DNA of 39,862 nucleotides. It comes from an uncultured Pelotomaculum sp. Its GTDB lineage: Bacteria > Bacillota > Desulfotomaculia > Desulfotomaculales > Pelotomaculaceae. This document shows, piece after piece, positions 20,130 through 29,796 of the stretch. Made by a program: the position numbers and the translations under genes. The notes beneath the pieces were generated by a model that was given only the letters and a program-made list of their open reading frames with translations, was not told where the DNA came from and ran no database searches. Positions within the stretch are counted from its first letter, which is position 1. The number at the start of each line of letters is the position of its first letter. The stretch lies in contig CAZJGV010000004.1 of the NCBI GenBank assembly GCA_964545615.1, positions 1-39,862 on the forward strand. The letters run 5' to 3'.

Positions 20130-21390
20130 CTCGAGCCCCCTGGTCGCCCTGTGGATGGCTATTTAAAGCCGTTCGTTGGCCCATAGGCAGCGTGAAGTAA
20201 AGTGTGGTTCCCTGGTTTACCTTGCTTTTGGCCCAGATCCTGCCACCGTGGCTGATTAATATTTGACGTGCTAAAGGCAATCCCAGCCCGATACCTTTTT
20301 TATTTTCCTGGATGCCGTCGGTCACACGGAAAAATTTTTCAAACAGCCATTTTAAATGTTCGCTATTAATACCGATGCCCTGATCGGTTACCGAAACAAC
20401 CACTTCACCAGGCGTGACAATGCCCTTAATTACGATTTTAGTTTCTTCTATGGAATATTTGACTGAGTTATCCACAAGGTTGCGAAGCACCTGCTCAATC
20501 CTGCCCGGATCTGCTTCAACAAGCGGGAAATTCTCCTTAAATAAAACGGTAAACTGATGATTTTTAACACGGTAGGACTGATCCCTGAGCACCTTATTCA
20601 CTATTTGGGGTAGTGAAATGCGCTCTTTTTTTAGTTCCATTTCACCTTTCCAGCTAAAAGTGGAGGAATCTAACAGGTTATTGATTAAGCTTTCGATGTG
20701 ATCTGTTTCCTCAACAATGATGTTCATGAACTCTTTTTCAGTAGCCGGATCCCAGGTTACGTCTTCCCGCATCAAGGTTGTGATGTAGCCTTTAATACAG
20801 GACAGAGGTGTTCTTAAATCATGGGACAATCCTGCCAGCATTTCTGACCACATTTGAGCCATGTTTTCGGAGGGAAGAAAATATGAAGCAGCTTTTCGGG
20901 TTCTGTGAACATTATCCAAACTGCAGGCGATGATATGGGTTATCGCCTTAAGTATTTCTGTAAGAGGGAAAGAATTCAGCAGCAGCGCTTCACCGCAGAC
21001 CATTAAAAAGCCTTTCTTGCCGGCCATGGGGAAACAGGTTATCTCCAGATCAGGTTGGCCGCACCTGTCGATCACCCTTTGCCGCACAGGACAATCTAAT
21101 ATATGGCATGGGACATCCCTGTTGCCAAATGATCTTTGGCGGGAGCACCAGAGTCCCTCCACAGCGACCTCCATCGAATCGGCTTCGCTGTTTTGATCAA
21201 CCCGGGCAAAATGAACTATACACTGCTTGGCCACAATGATGCCCATAGCCGAACCGCTTACCTCCAGAGTCTCAACAAGCCAGCCGGGCACCCTTTCAAA
21301 ATTGCCTTGCTCTTGCAGCAGTTTGCCTGCCAGATAAAGCATTTTAATGGAAATATCAAACGGGTAATCAAGTTTTGAAATCTGACTCAT
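20119..21390 (-). CDS. Sensor histidine kinase (KdpD-like transmitter) with Cys-rich, apparently cytoplasmic input domain
   Basis: LSHDLRTPL, QVLRNLVDNSVKYS, DQGIGI, GIGLGL; overlaps the regulator gene; no clear TM helix. Confidence 0.92.
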   Translation of the reverse strand: MSQISKLDYPFDISIKMLYLAGKLLQEQGNFERVPGWLVETLEVSGSAMGIIVAKQCIVHFARVDQNSEADSMEVAVEGLWCSRQRSFGNRDVPCHILDCPVRQRVIDRCGQPDLEITCFPMAGKKGFLMVCGEALLLNSFPLTEILKAITHIIACSLDNVHRTRKAASYFLPSENMAQMWSEMLAGLSHDLRTPLSCIKGYITTLMREDVTWDPATEKEFMNIIVEETDHIESLINNLLDSSTFSWKGEMELKKERISLPQIVNKVLRDQSYRVKNHQFTVLFKENFPLVEADPGRIEQVLRNLVDNSVKYSIEETKIVIKGIVTPGEVVVSVTDQGIGINSEHLKWLFEKFFRVTDGIQENKKGIGLGLPLARQILISHGGRIWAKSKVNQGTTLYFTLPMGQRTALNSHPQGDQGARDEA

Positions 21391-21706
21391 AGGCCTGACT
21401 CCTTAGTTGGATGACACGACATCCTTTAGGCGCATACTCTCCTTGCTCAGGCTTGCTGACTGGGACTGAGCTCAAGCCCCTTAATGATGGTCAAATAACC
21501 GGGATTTTTTATTATTCGAGAATTTATCTTTATTATCCTCCAATTTCTATTAATAAACATAAATTAGACACTCATGCCGCAGGAGCGGCGCTTTTACCTT
21601 GTGGAGCGGGACAGGATGCTGTTATACTCGTTAGAAGGGGAAATGCTAAAATCTTAGAATCTATAGAGATACACACTATATTAGTAGTAAAAGGAATGAT
21701 TATGCA

Positions 21707-22543
21707 ATGGAATTAGCCTATTTGAACGGCTGGCTGGGTCCTCTTGAAGATGCCGTGGTTTCAGTAAATGATCGCGGCTACATCTTTGGCGATGGTGTAT
21801 ACGAAGTTATCAGGGTTTATAACGGGGTGATGTTTGCCTGGGAAGAACACCTGCAGCGCCTGGCGGTAAGCGCGGAAGCGGTAGAGATAGCCCTGCCCTG
21901 GAGTTTAACGGAACTAAAAGATATAGCGGAAGATGTGCTCAGCAAGAGCGGGATCAAGGAAGCTATGATCTACATTCAGGTGACCCGCGGCACTGCGCCC
22001 AGAAACCACCTGCCTGAAGCCGGCCTGCGGCCCAGCCTGTTGGTAACCGTCCGGCATATTCCCGAAATACCTCCCGTACTGTACAGTGAGGGTGTTAAGG
22101 TCATAACCGTGCCGGAATTCCGGTGGCAGATGCGCCATGTGAAATCTATTTCACTGCAGGCCAGCGTGCTGGCCAGGCATAAGGCTCAGCAGGCCGGGGC
22201 GGCAGAGGCTGTTTTTGTACTGCCTGATGGAACAGTGACTGAGTGTGCTTCCAGCAACATCTTCATTGTTAAAGATGGTGTTCTGATGACTCACCCGGCG
22301 GACAACCAGATTCTGGCGGGCGTTATACGGCACTTTGTGCTTAAAACAGCTGATTCTCTGGGGTTGGAAGTCAGGGTCAAGCCTTTTAAGATCTCAGAGC
22401 TGATGCAGGCGGAAGAGGTATTTATCACGGGTACCGTGGCTGAAATAGTGCCGGTGAGCAATGTAGACGGAGCTAATATCGGAAATGGCCGGCCCGGTTC
22501 TTTAACAAGGCGTATTTATAGTGGTCTGGCCGCACTGCGGTAG
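21707..22543 (+). CDS. dat: Class IV aminotransferase, D-amino-acid aminotransferase-like
   Basis: DRGYIFGDGVYEVIRVY, YIQVTRG, RW....VKS (PLP Lys), EC.SSNIF, ILAG..R. Confidence 0.85.
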   Translation: MELAYLNGWLGPLEDAVVSVNDRGYIFGDGVYEVIRVYNGVMFAWEEHLQRLAVSAEAVEIALPWSLTELKDIAEDVLSKSGIKEAMIYIQVTRGTAPRNHLPEAGLRPSLLVTVRHIPEIPPVLYSEGVKVITVPEFRWQMRHVKSISLQASVLARHKAQQAGAAEAVFVLPDGTVTECASSNIFIVKDGVLMTHPADNQILAGVIRHFVLKTADSLGLEVRVKPFKISELMQAEEVFITGTVAEIVPVSNVDGANIGNGRPGSLTRRIYSGLAALR

Positions 22544-22572
22544 TGGATTTTTTAATATTCTAATAAAACACG

Positions 22573-23769
22573 TTGGCTCAATTAATGACTAAGAGTATAT
22601 ATACAAAAAATTTCATAATTTGCTTCATCGGCACGTTTGTTTTTAGTTTTTCATTTTATTACCTGATTCCGGTAATGCCTGTTTATCTTGAAGGAATAGG
22701 TAAAAACAAATCAGAGATCGGTATCATCATAGGAGCCTTTTTTGCCGCTTCCATTATATTGCGTCCTGCCGTTGGAGTTTTGTTGAAAAACTACTCCAAT
22801 AAAGGCCTGATGATACTTGGCTCGGCAATCTTTGCTATCGCTCCCGTTCTTTACCTTACTACCACCTCGGGAGTCTTGCTGACCGCAATCAGGATATTTC
22901 ACGGCATGGGAGTGGCGACCTTCATGACTTCCGCCGTGATTATGGTGGCTGACGCGGTGCCCAGGGATAAACTGGCACACGCCACAGGCGTTTACTTTAT
23001 TTCGGCCAACGCCGCCCTGGGCGTAGCCCCCCTGGTGGGGTCAACCGCCGGAAGATATTTTAGCTTTTCTGAGCAAATGGTCTTCCTGGTTATAGCGGCG
23101 CTGGCTGTTATTCTTCTATTGATAAGCATAGATGAACAGGCCAAGGAGAAGGCCTTTTACCAATCCAAATCCTTTTTGGGAGTTTTAAAAGAACGGAATG
23201 TGCTGGTACCGACTATTGTCTTTGCGGCCTGCACTTTTGCCAATGGTACCATCAACGCTTTTCTGCCGCTGCAAACGCTGACCTGGGGATATCATAACTC
23301 CGGCCTGTACTTTTTTGTGTTTGCCGTGACCATAGTAGCTGTAAGGCTGGTAGGTGGAGGATTGTCCGATTCATTCGGCAGGAAAGCGATAATTCTTCCG
23401 TGTCTGGTAATAACCTCTCTGGGTACGATGTTCCTGTCCCTGGTTCATACGCCGTTAGGCCTGGGTTTTTGCGCTTTTTTTTACGCCGCGGGTTTTGGGC
23501 TGCTCTATCCTGCTTTAAACGCAATGGTAGTTGAAAGGGCTTTGCCCGAAAACAGGTCTACCGCCCTCGGTATATTCTCAACATCGGTGGACGGCGGTCA
23601 GTTTGTCGGACCTGTCCTTATGGGTTATGTCGGACAATATTTTGGCTTCGGGCCAATGTTTATTACAGCTTCTCTGGCGCCTTTAGCCGGCCTCCTGATT
23701 TTCTTGCTTTACCTGCCGTCTGCCAAAAAGAGTACCGCTTCCCCGGCGCTGGGACGTACGGGTAAATAA
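22573..23769 (+). CDS. MFS transporter
   Basis: About 12 hydrophobic segments; GGLSDSFGRK motif A; RIFHGMG. Confidence 0.9.
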   Translation: MAQLMTKSIYTKNFIICFIGTFVFSFSFYYLIPVMPVYLEGIGKNKSEIGIIIGAFFAASIILRPAVGVLLKNYSNKGLMILGSAIFAIAPVLYLTTTSGVLLTAIRIFHGMGVATFMTSAVIMVADAVPRDKLAHATGVYFISANAALGVAPLVGSTAGRYFSFSEQMVFLVIAALAVILLLISIDEQAKEKAFYQSKSFLGVLKERNVLVPTIVFAACTFANGTINAFLPLQTLTWGYHNSGLYFFVFAVTIVAVRLVGGGLSDSFGRKAIILPCLVITSLGTMFLSLVHTPLGLGFCAFFYAAGFGLLYPALNAMVVERALPENRSTALGIFSTSVDGGQFVGPVLMGYVGQYFGFGPMFITASLAPLAGLLIFLLYLPSAKKSTASPALGRTGK

Positions 23770-23796
23770 GCGTTCTTCGTACCATACAGGGATTTC

Positions 23797-24690
23797 TTAT
23801 GAGACAAACAACCCTATAGCCACTAGAAAAAGTGTGGAAAGAATAAGGATAACATTCTTACCCAGGTAGGGTATTAAGGATTTAATATCCGCGTGATTTT
23901 TCATAACACCCAAAATGGTATTCAGGGCTAGTGGAAGACATAGCAAGGCCACCAGGGTTAATAACGGCAATATTTTTAGATAGACACTGATGATCAGAAC
24001 CAAAAAGGCGGCAAAGTTCAATATTGAATAAATGTAGGTATTTTCCCTCGTGGCCACCAGGGTCAGCAGGTGCCGTCGCCCCGCGGCCCGGTCAGCTTCG
24101 ATATCAGGAAACTGATTAAGCAGCAAAAGATTGCTTACAAAAAAGAGTGGAATCAGAGAAACGGCCAGGGAAGTGATATCGTAAAACCCCTGCAGCGCAA
24201 AATAAGTGCCCAGAACCATACAAGGTCCAAATCCCAAACCGGGCGCCAACAGGCACAGCAAGGGGGAACGGGTTATATACTGGGTGTATAAAACTATCAG
24301 TAATATGCCGGGAACGCCAACCAAAAGTATCTGCCAACCCCGCGCGAACACCAGATAAAAGCCCAGTATAATCGCTATGCTCAGGGTTGCCAGGCCATAA
24401 TAAAGGGCAGCCCTGGGGGACATCTTCTTGCCGGGCAAAATACCGCTGCCGCCGCTGAAAGGAGTTTTTAAAGTCATCTCATCCAGCCCGCTCTTATAAT
24501 CACAATAATCATTCAGTATGTTAACTGAAGCATGTGCTGAAATCGCACCAATCATGGCGATAACCAGATAATAAGGGTTAATGGCGCCCGCCTTCCAGTA
24601 TGCCGCGCCCGCGCCGACCAGAACACACGCTACAGACAGGATAATAAACTGTGGACGTGTTTCAAACACATAAAGCATGGCTCTTTTCAT
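23797..24690 (-). CDS. menA: UbiA/MenA-family prenyltransferase
   Basis: NILNDYCDYKSGLD and NQFPDIEADRAAGRR Asp-rich motifs; multiple TMs. The symbol is tentative. Confidence 0.75.
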   Translation of the reverse strand: MKRAMLYVFETRPQFIILSVACVLVGAGAAYWKAGAINPYYLVIAMIGAISAHASVNILNDYCDYKSGLDEMTLKTPFSGGSGILPGKKMSPRAALYYGLATLSIAIILGFYLVFARGWQILLVGVPGILLIVLYTQYITRSPLLCLLAPGLGFGPCMVLGTYFALQGFYDITSLAVSLIPLFFVSNLLLLNQFPDIEADRAAGRRHLLTLVATRENTYIYSILNFAAFLVLIISVYLKILPLLTLVALLCLPLALNTILGVMKNHADIKSLIPYLGKNVILILSTLFLVAIGLFVS

Positions 24691-24960
24691 TTTTTCACCT
24701 CGTCAAATTAATCCCACCGCATAATGTAAAAATATAAAGCTTCAGCTTCAATTTTACAAGGATATATCGATATTAACAATTTAAAATCGAGAATTCAAGT
24801 TTTTTGATTTCATCAATTGTTTTAGAACGAGTTATCGGCAAATTTTCTATTGGGTAACCAGTGTCTCCAACAATGCTTATACCGATACCGGTGACGAAGC
24901 CTTCAGCATTAAACCCGCGCCATAAGCTATTTGTGGTGTAAAGTTGCCATTGCAGTGTAT

Positions 24961-25002
24961 TAAAGGACGGTAATCGACCTGTTTGTCGATTACCGTCCTT
25001 TA
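24961..25002. terminator. 18-bp perfect hairpin downstream of the FN3 gene
   Basis: TAAAGGACGGTAATCGAC-CTGTTT-GTCGATTACCGTCCTTTA. Confidence 0.7.
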
Positions 25003-25060
25003 GTTTAATTGTTTACCTGTCTCTTTGGCTCCGCGTTTGTCTACCGCGATCAGGAAAGCA

Positions 25061-26644
25061 TTATGGAGCGGGATAGGTAACGGTTACCTCTTTTTGACCG
25101 GCATCCCAGTCCACCCTTGAACCCAGGTTTTCAGCAATAAACCTCAAGGGCAGCATGGTTCTGCCCGGCTCAACTATTATCGGTGTTACCTGGGGGTTGC
25201 TGGAATCTATAAGCTTGTATTGACCACCAACTCTGGCGTAATTATTGCCAATCCAGAGTTCTATTACCGTTCCTTTTAAAGTCATCGTCACTTTACGTTC
25301 ACTATTGCTCCAACCCACGTTTGCTCCAATAGCCTCGGCGATATACCTGATCGGCAGAAGGGTTCTGTCGGCATATATGATGGGCGCTGTATCCATTGTT
25401 TGACGCTGATTATTAACATAGTATGAGGTTTTGCCAATGATCAGGCTGATTATGGTTCCCGGCTGGCTGGTAGTGACGCTGGTTTCGCTGGAATAAGATG
25501 AATCCCCCGTGCTGTTGTACGCGCGGACCCTGTAATAGTACCTGGTGTCGGCGGTAAGTCCGGTATCGGTAAAGCTGGTAGTGTCCTCGTCAACAGTGGC
25601 AATCCGGGTGTAGCTGCCGCCAGATTTCTTTCTTTCGATCTTGAATCCTGTTTCATTAGAAGAGTTGTCCTCCCAGGTTAAATTAACCCTGGTTGCGGAG
25701 TCGACTTTGGCGGTCAGGTCCGAAGGCGCTTCAGGGACAATGCCGGTGGTGGCGCTGACCTCATTGGAATATGCCGAATCGCCGGCTTCGTTATAAGCCC
25801 TTATCCGGTAGTAGTATTTCGTGTTGCCGGCAAGTCCCGTGTTGATGATATTGGTAACGTTCTTGTCAACAGTGGCAATCCGGGTGTAGCTGCCGCCCGA
25901 CTTCTTTCTTTCGATCTTGAATCCTGTTTCATTAGAAGAGTTGTCCTCCCAGGTCAGTTCAATCCGGGATTCAGAAATTACAGTGGCGGTCAGGTCCGAC
26001 GGCTCGTCGGGGACAATGCCGGTGGTGAGGCTGACCTCATTGGAATATGCCGAATCGCCGGCTGCGTTATAAGCACTTACCCGGTAATAGTATTTCGTGT
26101 TGCCGGCAAGTCCCGTGTTGATGATATTGGTAACGTTCTTGTCAACAGTGGCAATCCGGGTGTAGCTGCCGCCCGACTTCTTTCTTTCGATCTTGAATCC
26201 TGTTTCATTATAAGAGTTGTCCTCCCAGGATAGTTCGATCCGGGATTCGGAGGTTACAGTAGCGGTCAGGTCCGAAGGCGCGTCAGGGATAATGGCGGTG
26301 GTGGCGCTGACTTCGTTGGAATATGCCGAGTTCCCGTCAGTATTGTAGGCCCTCACCCGGTAGTAGTATTTTATGCCGCTGGCAAGATCTGTGTTGGTAT
26401 AGGCTGTAGTGTTTTCCCCAACAGTCGCTATCTGCCTGTAACTGCTCCCCGTGGTCCTTCTCTCAATCCTAAAACCTGTCTCATTGTACGAATTGTCTTC
26501 CCAGGTCAGTTCTATCCCGAAGGAAGAAACAACAGTAGCCTCCAGGTTTGAAGGCTCTACCAGCGATACAGTCTCTGCCCATCCAGTGGAAATTGTCAAA
26601 CCGGACAGCAGCACAATCAAAATGAGTATTTGAAATTTTTTCAC
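25061..26644 (-). CDS. Secreted protein with four fibronectin type III repeats and a C-terminal copper-amine-oxidase N-terminal (stalk) domain
   Basis: Signal peptide; 4x PS.L.A...W.DNS.NE.GF.IER...YYYR..AYN; C-terminal APII..DRTLLPIRYIAE / GRTMLPLRFIAE; DNA repeat period 276 bp. Confidence 0.9.
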   Translation of the reverse strand: MKKFQILILIVLLSGLTISTGWAETVSLVEPSNLEATVVSSFGIELTWEDNSYNETGFRIERRTTGSSYRQIATVGENTTAYTNTDLASGIKYYYRVRAYNTDGNSAYSNEVSATTAIIPDAPSDLTATVTSESRIELSWEDNSYNETGFKIERKKSGGSYTRIATVDKNVTNIINTGLAGNTKYYYRVSAYNAAGDSAYSNEVSLTTGIVPDEPSDLTATVISESRIELTWEDNSSNETGFKIERKKSGGSYTRIATVDKNVTNIINTGLAGNTKYYYRIRAYNEAGDSAYSNEVSATTGIVPEAPSDLTAKVDSATRVNLTWEDNSSNETGFKIERKKSGGSYTRIATVDEDTTSFTDTGLTADTRYYYRVRAYNSTGDSSYSSETSVTTSQPGTIISLIIGKTSYYVNNQRQTMDTAPIIYADRTLLPIRYIAEAIGANVGWSNSERKVTMTLKGTVIELWIGNNYARVGGQYKLIDSSNPQVTPIIVEPGRTMLPLRFIAENLGSRVDWDAGQKEVTVTYPAP

Positions 26645-26683
26645 GGTTACCCACCTCCATAAGATTTTAAAGCCAGTTGTTTA

Positions 26684-26713
26684 TTTAGACGCATAAATAA
26701 CTTAATTAGTTCA
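26684..26713 (-). promoter_or_regulatory. Possible ECF-sigma promoter for the FN3 gene
   Basis: Minus strand TGAAC-N17-CGTCTAA about 40 nt upstream of the GTG start; resembles Firmicute ECF consensus TGAAAC-N16-CGTC. Confidence 0.35.
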
Positions 26714-27063
26714 CTAGTTATTGAGGACAGCAGGATTTTCATCAACTGGTGAAGATTGCTATTATTTTATCAAGTTATCGTCTAACATATTAAATTTTAC
26801 ACATCTGACACTGTTTTACCTGCCATACCAGTGGAAAAGTAATTTACATATGAGTATATAAAAGGAAAGTCTGCTTTTTGATAAAAAAGACAAAACAACC
26901 TCTTTGAAAGGGGTTTAAAAACTTCAGATAATAAAAACAGAAAATAATAAGGTAAAAGAAAAGTAGCTTGGTTGAAATTTAATTGTGAGAGGCTTAGAAT
27001 AGTATAAACCGTATTTACAGGGGTTGACAGCTTTTAACGTTATGGGAAGGGTGGAGATGTCTT

Positions 27064-28359
27064 TTGGGTATCAATGAATTTGCCGGGCAGGTAAAGGAAG
27101 CCTCTATCAAGCTGGCAGCCATGGATAAAGACCATAAAAACAGGGCGCTGGCTCAAATTGCCAGGGCTTTGGTTGCCCGCCAGGAAGAAATCATCAAAGC
27201 GAACCGGGATGATTTAACCAGGAGCGAAAAAGAGAGTCTGGCGGAGCCCCTTTTGAAAAGACTGAAGTTTGATGAGGCCAAGATAACCGATGTGGTAGGC
27301 GGGATCAACAGTCTTATCAACCTGGAGGAACCGGTAGGTAAGACACTGCTTGCAACAGAGCTTGACGAGGGTTTGGAACTGTATAAAACCACCTGCCCCA
27401 TTGGCGTAATAGGCGTGATCTTTGAATCCAGGCCGGACGCCCTGGTGCAGATCTCCACTCTTTGCCTGAAAAGCGGCAACGGCGTGCTGCTGAAAGGCGG
27501 CTCCGAGGCCATGGAAACCAACCGCATCCTGGCGGATGTAATTATCAGGGCTACGGAGGAAGCAGGTATTCCCGCAGGTTGGCTGAAGCTCATGGAGACC
27601 AGGGCCGAAGTCAGTGAGATGCTGAAATTGGACGAGTATATCGACTTGATCATCCCCAGGGGATCAAACGAATTTGTCCGGTATATCATGGATAATTCCA
27701 GAATACCTGTGATGGGGCATGCGGACGGTATCTGCCACTGTTATGTCGACGAGGAATTTGATCCGGACATGGCTGTGAAAATCGTGGTAGATGCCAAAAC
27801 CCAGTATGTGGCCGTATGCAATGCGGCAGAAACACTGCTGGTACATAAAAGCGCGGCGGCCCGGCTTTTACCCGCACTTAAGGAAGCACTGGATCAAAAA
27901 CAGGTGGAAATAGCCGGCTGCCCCAGGACCAGGGAAATTATCCAGGTGGCTGCTGCCACCGAAAAGGACTGGCAGACGGAATATCTGGATTACAAGCTGT
28001 CGTTTAAAGTGGTGGATGACCTTGATGAGGCGATTAACCATATCAATAAATACGGCTCCGGCCACACGGACAGCATCATTACCAGCAGCAAGGACAAGGC
28101 CGCCCGCTTCATGGCCCTGGTTGACTCGGGCAATGTGTTCTGGAATTGTTCCACGCGCTTCAGTGACGGTTTCCGCTACGGCCTGGGAGCGGAAGTGGGG
28201 ATAAGCACCAGTAAAATTCACGCCAGGGGACCGGTGGGACTGGAAGGACTGGTTATTTACAAATATAAACTGATTGGCAGCGGTCAAACAGTGTCTGAGT
28301 ACGCCAGCAGGGAAAAAACATTCAAGCACAGAAATTTGGATAAAACATTTCCCCTTTAA
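27064..28359 (+). CDS. proA: Gamma-glutamyl phosphate reductase
   Basis: PIGVIGVIFESRP, LKGGSEA, IIPRGS, CNAAETLLVH, GSGHTD.I, STRFSDG...GLGAEVGIST.KIHARGPVGL. Confidence 0.97.
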   Translation: MGINEFAGQVKEASIKLAAMDKDHKNRALAQIARALVARQEEIIKANRDDLTRSEKESLAEPLLKRLKFDEAKITDVVGGINSLINLEEPVGKTLLATELDEGLELYKTTCPIGVIGVIFESRPDALVQISTLCLKSGNGVLLKGGSEAMETNRILADVIIRATEEAGIPAGWLKLMETRAEVSEMLKLDEYIDLIIPRGSNEFVRYIMDNSRIPVMGHADGICHCYVDEEFDPDMAVKIVVDAKTQYVAVCNAAETLLVHKSAAARLLPALKEALDQKQVEIAGCPRTREIIQVAAATEKDWQTEYLDYKLSFKVVDDLDEAINHINKYGSGHTDSIITSSKDKAARFMALVDSGNVFWNCSTRFSDGFRYGLGAEVGISTSKIHARGPVGLEGLVIYKYKLIGSGQTVSEYASREKTFKHRNLDKTFPL

Positions 28360-28383
28360 GATTTGAAAACTTTTGTTATATAT

Positions 28384-28420
28384 AGCAGCCTTTAAGCTTA
28401 AGGCTGCTTTTCATTTTTAT
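28384..28420 (+). terminator. Intrinsic terminator of proA
   Basis: AGCAGCCTT-TAAGCTT-AAGGCTGCT followed by TTTCATTTTT. Confidence 0.75.
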
Positions 28421-28648
28421 TTTAGCCGTACTGTTAACTTCATAAAGATTATTTCATTGCTGTGTGATTGACGCTCTGATCAAAATACAATTATTTCCTG
28501 AACTTATTTGAAAAGGCTGCAGGAGATAAGTAGTAAGGATTGACTTTATTTCTAAATATTTTTCATTTGTTATCGAAAAAAAAGGAATAAAGTAAGTTGT
28601 ATAGAAATCAGTGTTAATAAACTTCTTCAAAAACTAAATATAATAATG

Positions 28649-28754
28649 AATCTGAGCCCCCATTGCCTGTTGTCTTTCAGGCTATGGCAAGGGGGCCGAT
28701 AGGGTGCATAAGGGAAACCTGTGCGCCTCCCAGTGCGGAAAGGATTTAGCTGAC
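28649..28754 (+). ncRNA. Moco-class riboswitch aptamer copy 1 (P3-less, tungsten-cofactor-type variant)
   Basis: P1 AAUCU/GGAUU; P2 GCCCCC..UUGCC/UAUGGCAAGGGGGC; P4 with GAAA tetraloop; 3' signature GCCUCCC..GGAAAGG as in the E. coli moaA leader; no P3 stem. Confidence 0.85.
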
Positions 28755-28760
28755 AGAGAT

Positions 28761-28800
28761 AAAGCCGTCAAGCCTTTGCGCTTGCCGGTTTCTTGTTTTT
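28761..28800 (+). terminator. Terminator-like expression platform after aptamer 1
   Basis: AAAGCCG-T-CAAGC / GCTTG-C-CGGTTT followed by CTTGTTTTT. Confidence 0.6.
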
Positions 28801-28836
28801 AAGACAATCTGGACTACTAAAAAACTAAATATGAAA

Positions 28837-28942
28837 AATCTGAGCCCCCATTGCCTGTTGTCTTTCAGGCTATGGCAAGGGGGCCGATAGGGTGCATAAG
28901 GGAAACCGGTGCGCCTCCCAGTGCGGAAAGGATTTAGCTGAC
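28837..28942 (+). ncRNA. Moco-class riboswitch aptamer copy 2
   Basis: Matches copy 1 over 106 nt except one substitution (28720 T vs 28908 G); offset 188 bp. Confidence 0.85.
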
Positions 28943-28986
28943 CAAAGCAGGAGTTGTAACACTTTGCTTTTGCCGGCTTTTTTATT
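28936..28986 (+). terminator. Terminator-like expression platform after aptamer 2
   Basis: Imperfect stem AGCTG..CAAAGCAG / TTTGCTTTTG.CGGCT followed by TTTTTATT. Confidence 0.55.
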
Positions 28987-29111
28987 CTCAGGCTGACATT
29001 TCTCTTTTTTGGTGGGTGGATATAAACCTTGGAAATGTTGTCAATAACCCTGTCCCCTTGACACCCCCTTTGTGCAAATCCCTGCCTGATGGAGGCAAAA
29101 GAGGATCGCTA

Positions 29112-29678
29112 ATGCTGCAAAAATTGCTCGATAAGTTTTCAGTATTTGATTTAGTAATCATCGCGATGATATCCGCCCTGGGCATAGCCAGCAAACCGGT
29201 TATTGTGCCCCTTAGCCATATTATAACCGGGCCGCTGTTGATCCCCGGAGGGGTTGTGGCAGGTGGTTTTTACATGTTATGGCTTGTCCTCGGGGCAGGA
29301 ATAACAGGCAAACCGGGAACTGCCACTTTGATTGGAATTGTTCAGGCGTTGATGGTTTTCGGTTCTGGCGTTTTTGGTTCGCACGGAGCTATGACTTTGC
29401 TCAGTTACACTTTGCCTGGCTTCGCTGTTGACCTGCTGCTTTATTTAATGGGACACCGGGTATGCTGTCTGCTTTGTGCTTTTCTGGCAGGTCTGGTTGC
29501 CAACATCTCAGGTTCGGCCCTGGTAAATATAATTTATTTCCGGCTGCCCTTAGTACCTTTAGTGCTTTCTCTGACTGTGGCTGCTTTATCCGGCGGACTG
29601 GGCGGCATTATTGCTTATAAAGTATTACAACTGGTTAACAAAAACAAGGGCTGGGGAAACGGTAATTATGGAAGTTAG
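29112..29678 (+). CDS. ECF transporter substrate-specific (S) component
   Basis: 188 aa, about 6 TM; FSVFDLVIIAMISALG, GITGKPGTATL.G.VQAL; ATG 29112 after AAGAGG (ORF track start 29016). Confidence 0.8.
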   Translation: MLQKLLDKFSVFDLVIIAMISALGIASKPVIVPLSHIITGPLLIPGGVVAGGFYMLWLVLGAGITGKPGTATLIGIVQALMVFGSGVFGSHGAMTLLSYTLPGFAVDLLLYLMGHRVCCLLCAFLAGLVANISGSALVNIIYFRLPLVPLVLSLTVAALSGGLGGIIAYKVLQLVNKNKGWGNGNYGS

Positions 29679-29796
29679 AAGCAGCGATCAGTTTAGCCCA
29701 GGCGGCTATGAATATCTGAAAATAGTTAAAACAACTGGATAATACTGAGACACTTTATTGTTTTCTTTCGGTTAGCAGTGAAAGGAGGTATGGATA

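Noticed and set aside
21411-21716. 101-aa ORF between the kinase and dat
   Set aside because: Spans a divergent promoter region, with no convincing RBS or motif.
25061-25450. Copper amine oxidase enzyme
   Set aside because: Only the non-catalytic N-terminal stalk-type domain is present.
28649-28942. Cobalamin, TPP or T-box leader
   Set aside because: GGGAA and CUGAG fragments occur, but there is no B12 box, TPP core or T-box sequence; the GCCUCCC..GGAAAGG end and stem layout fit the Moco class.
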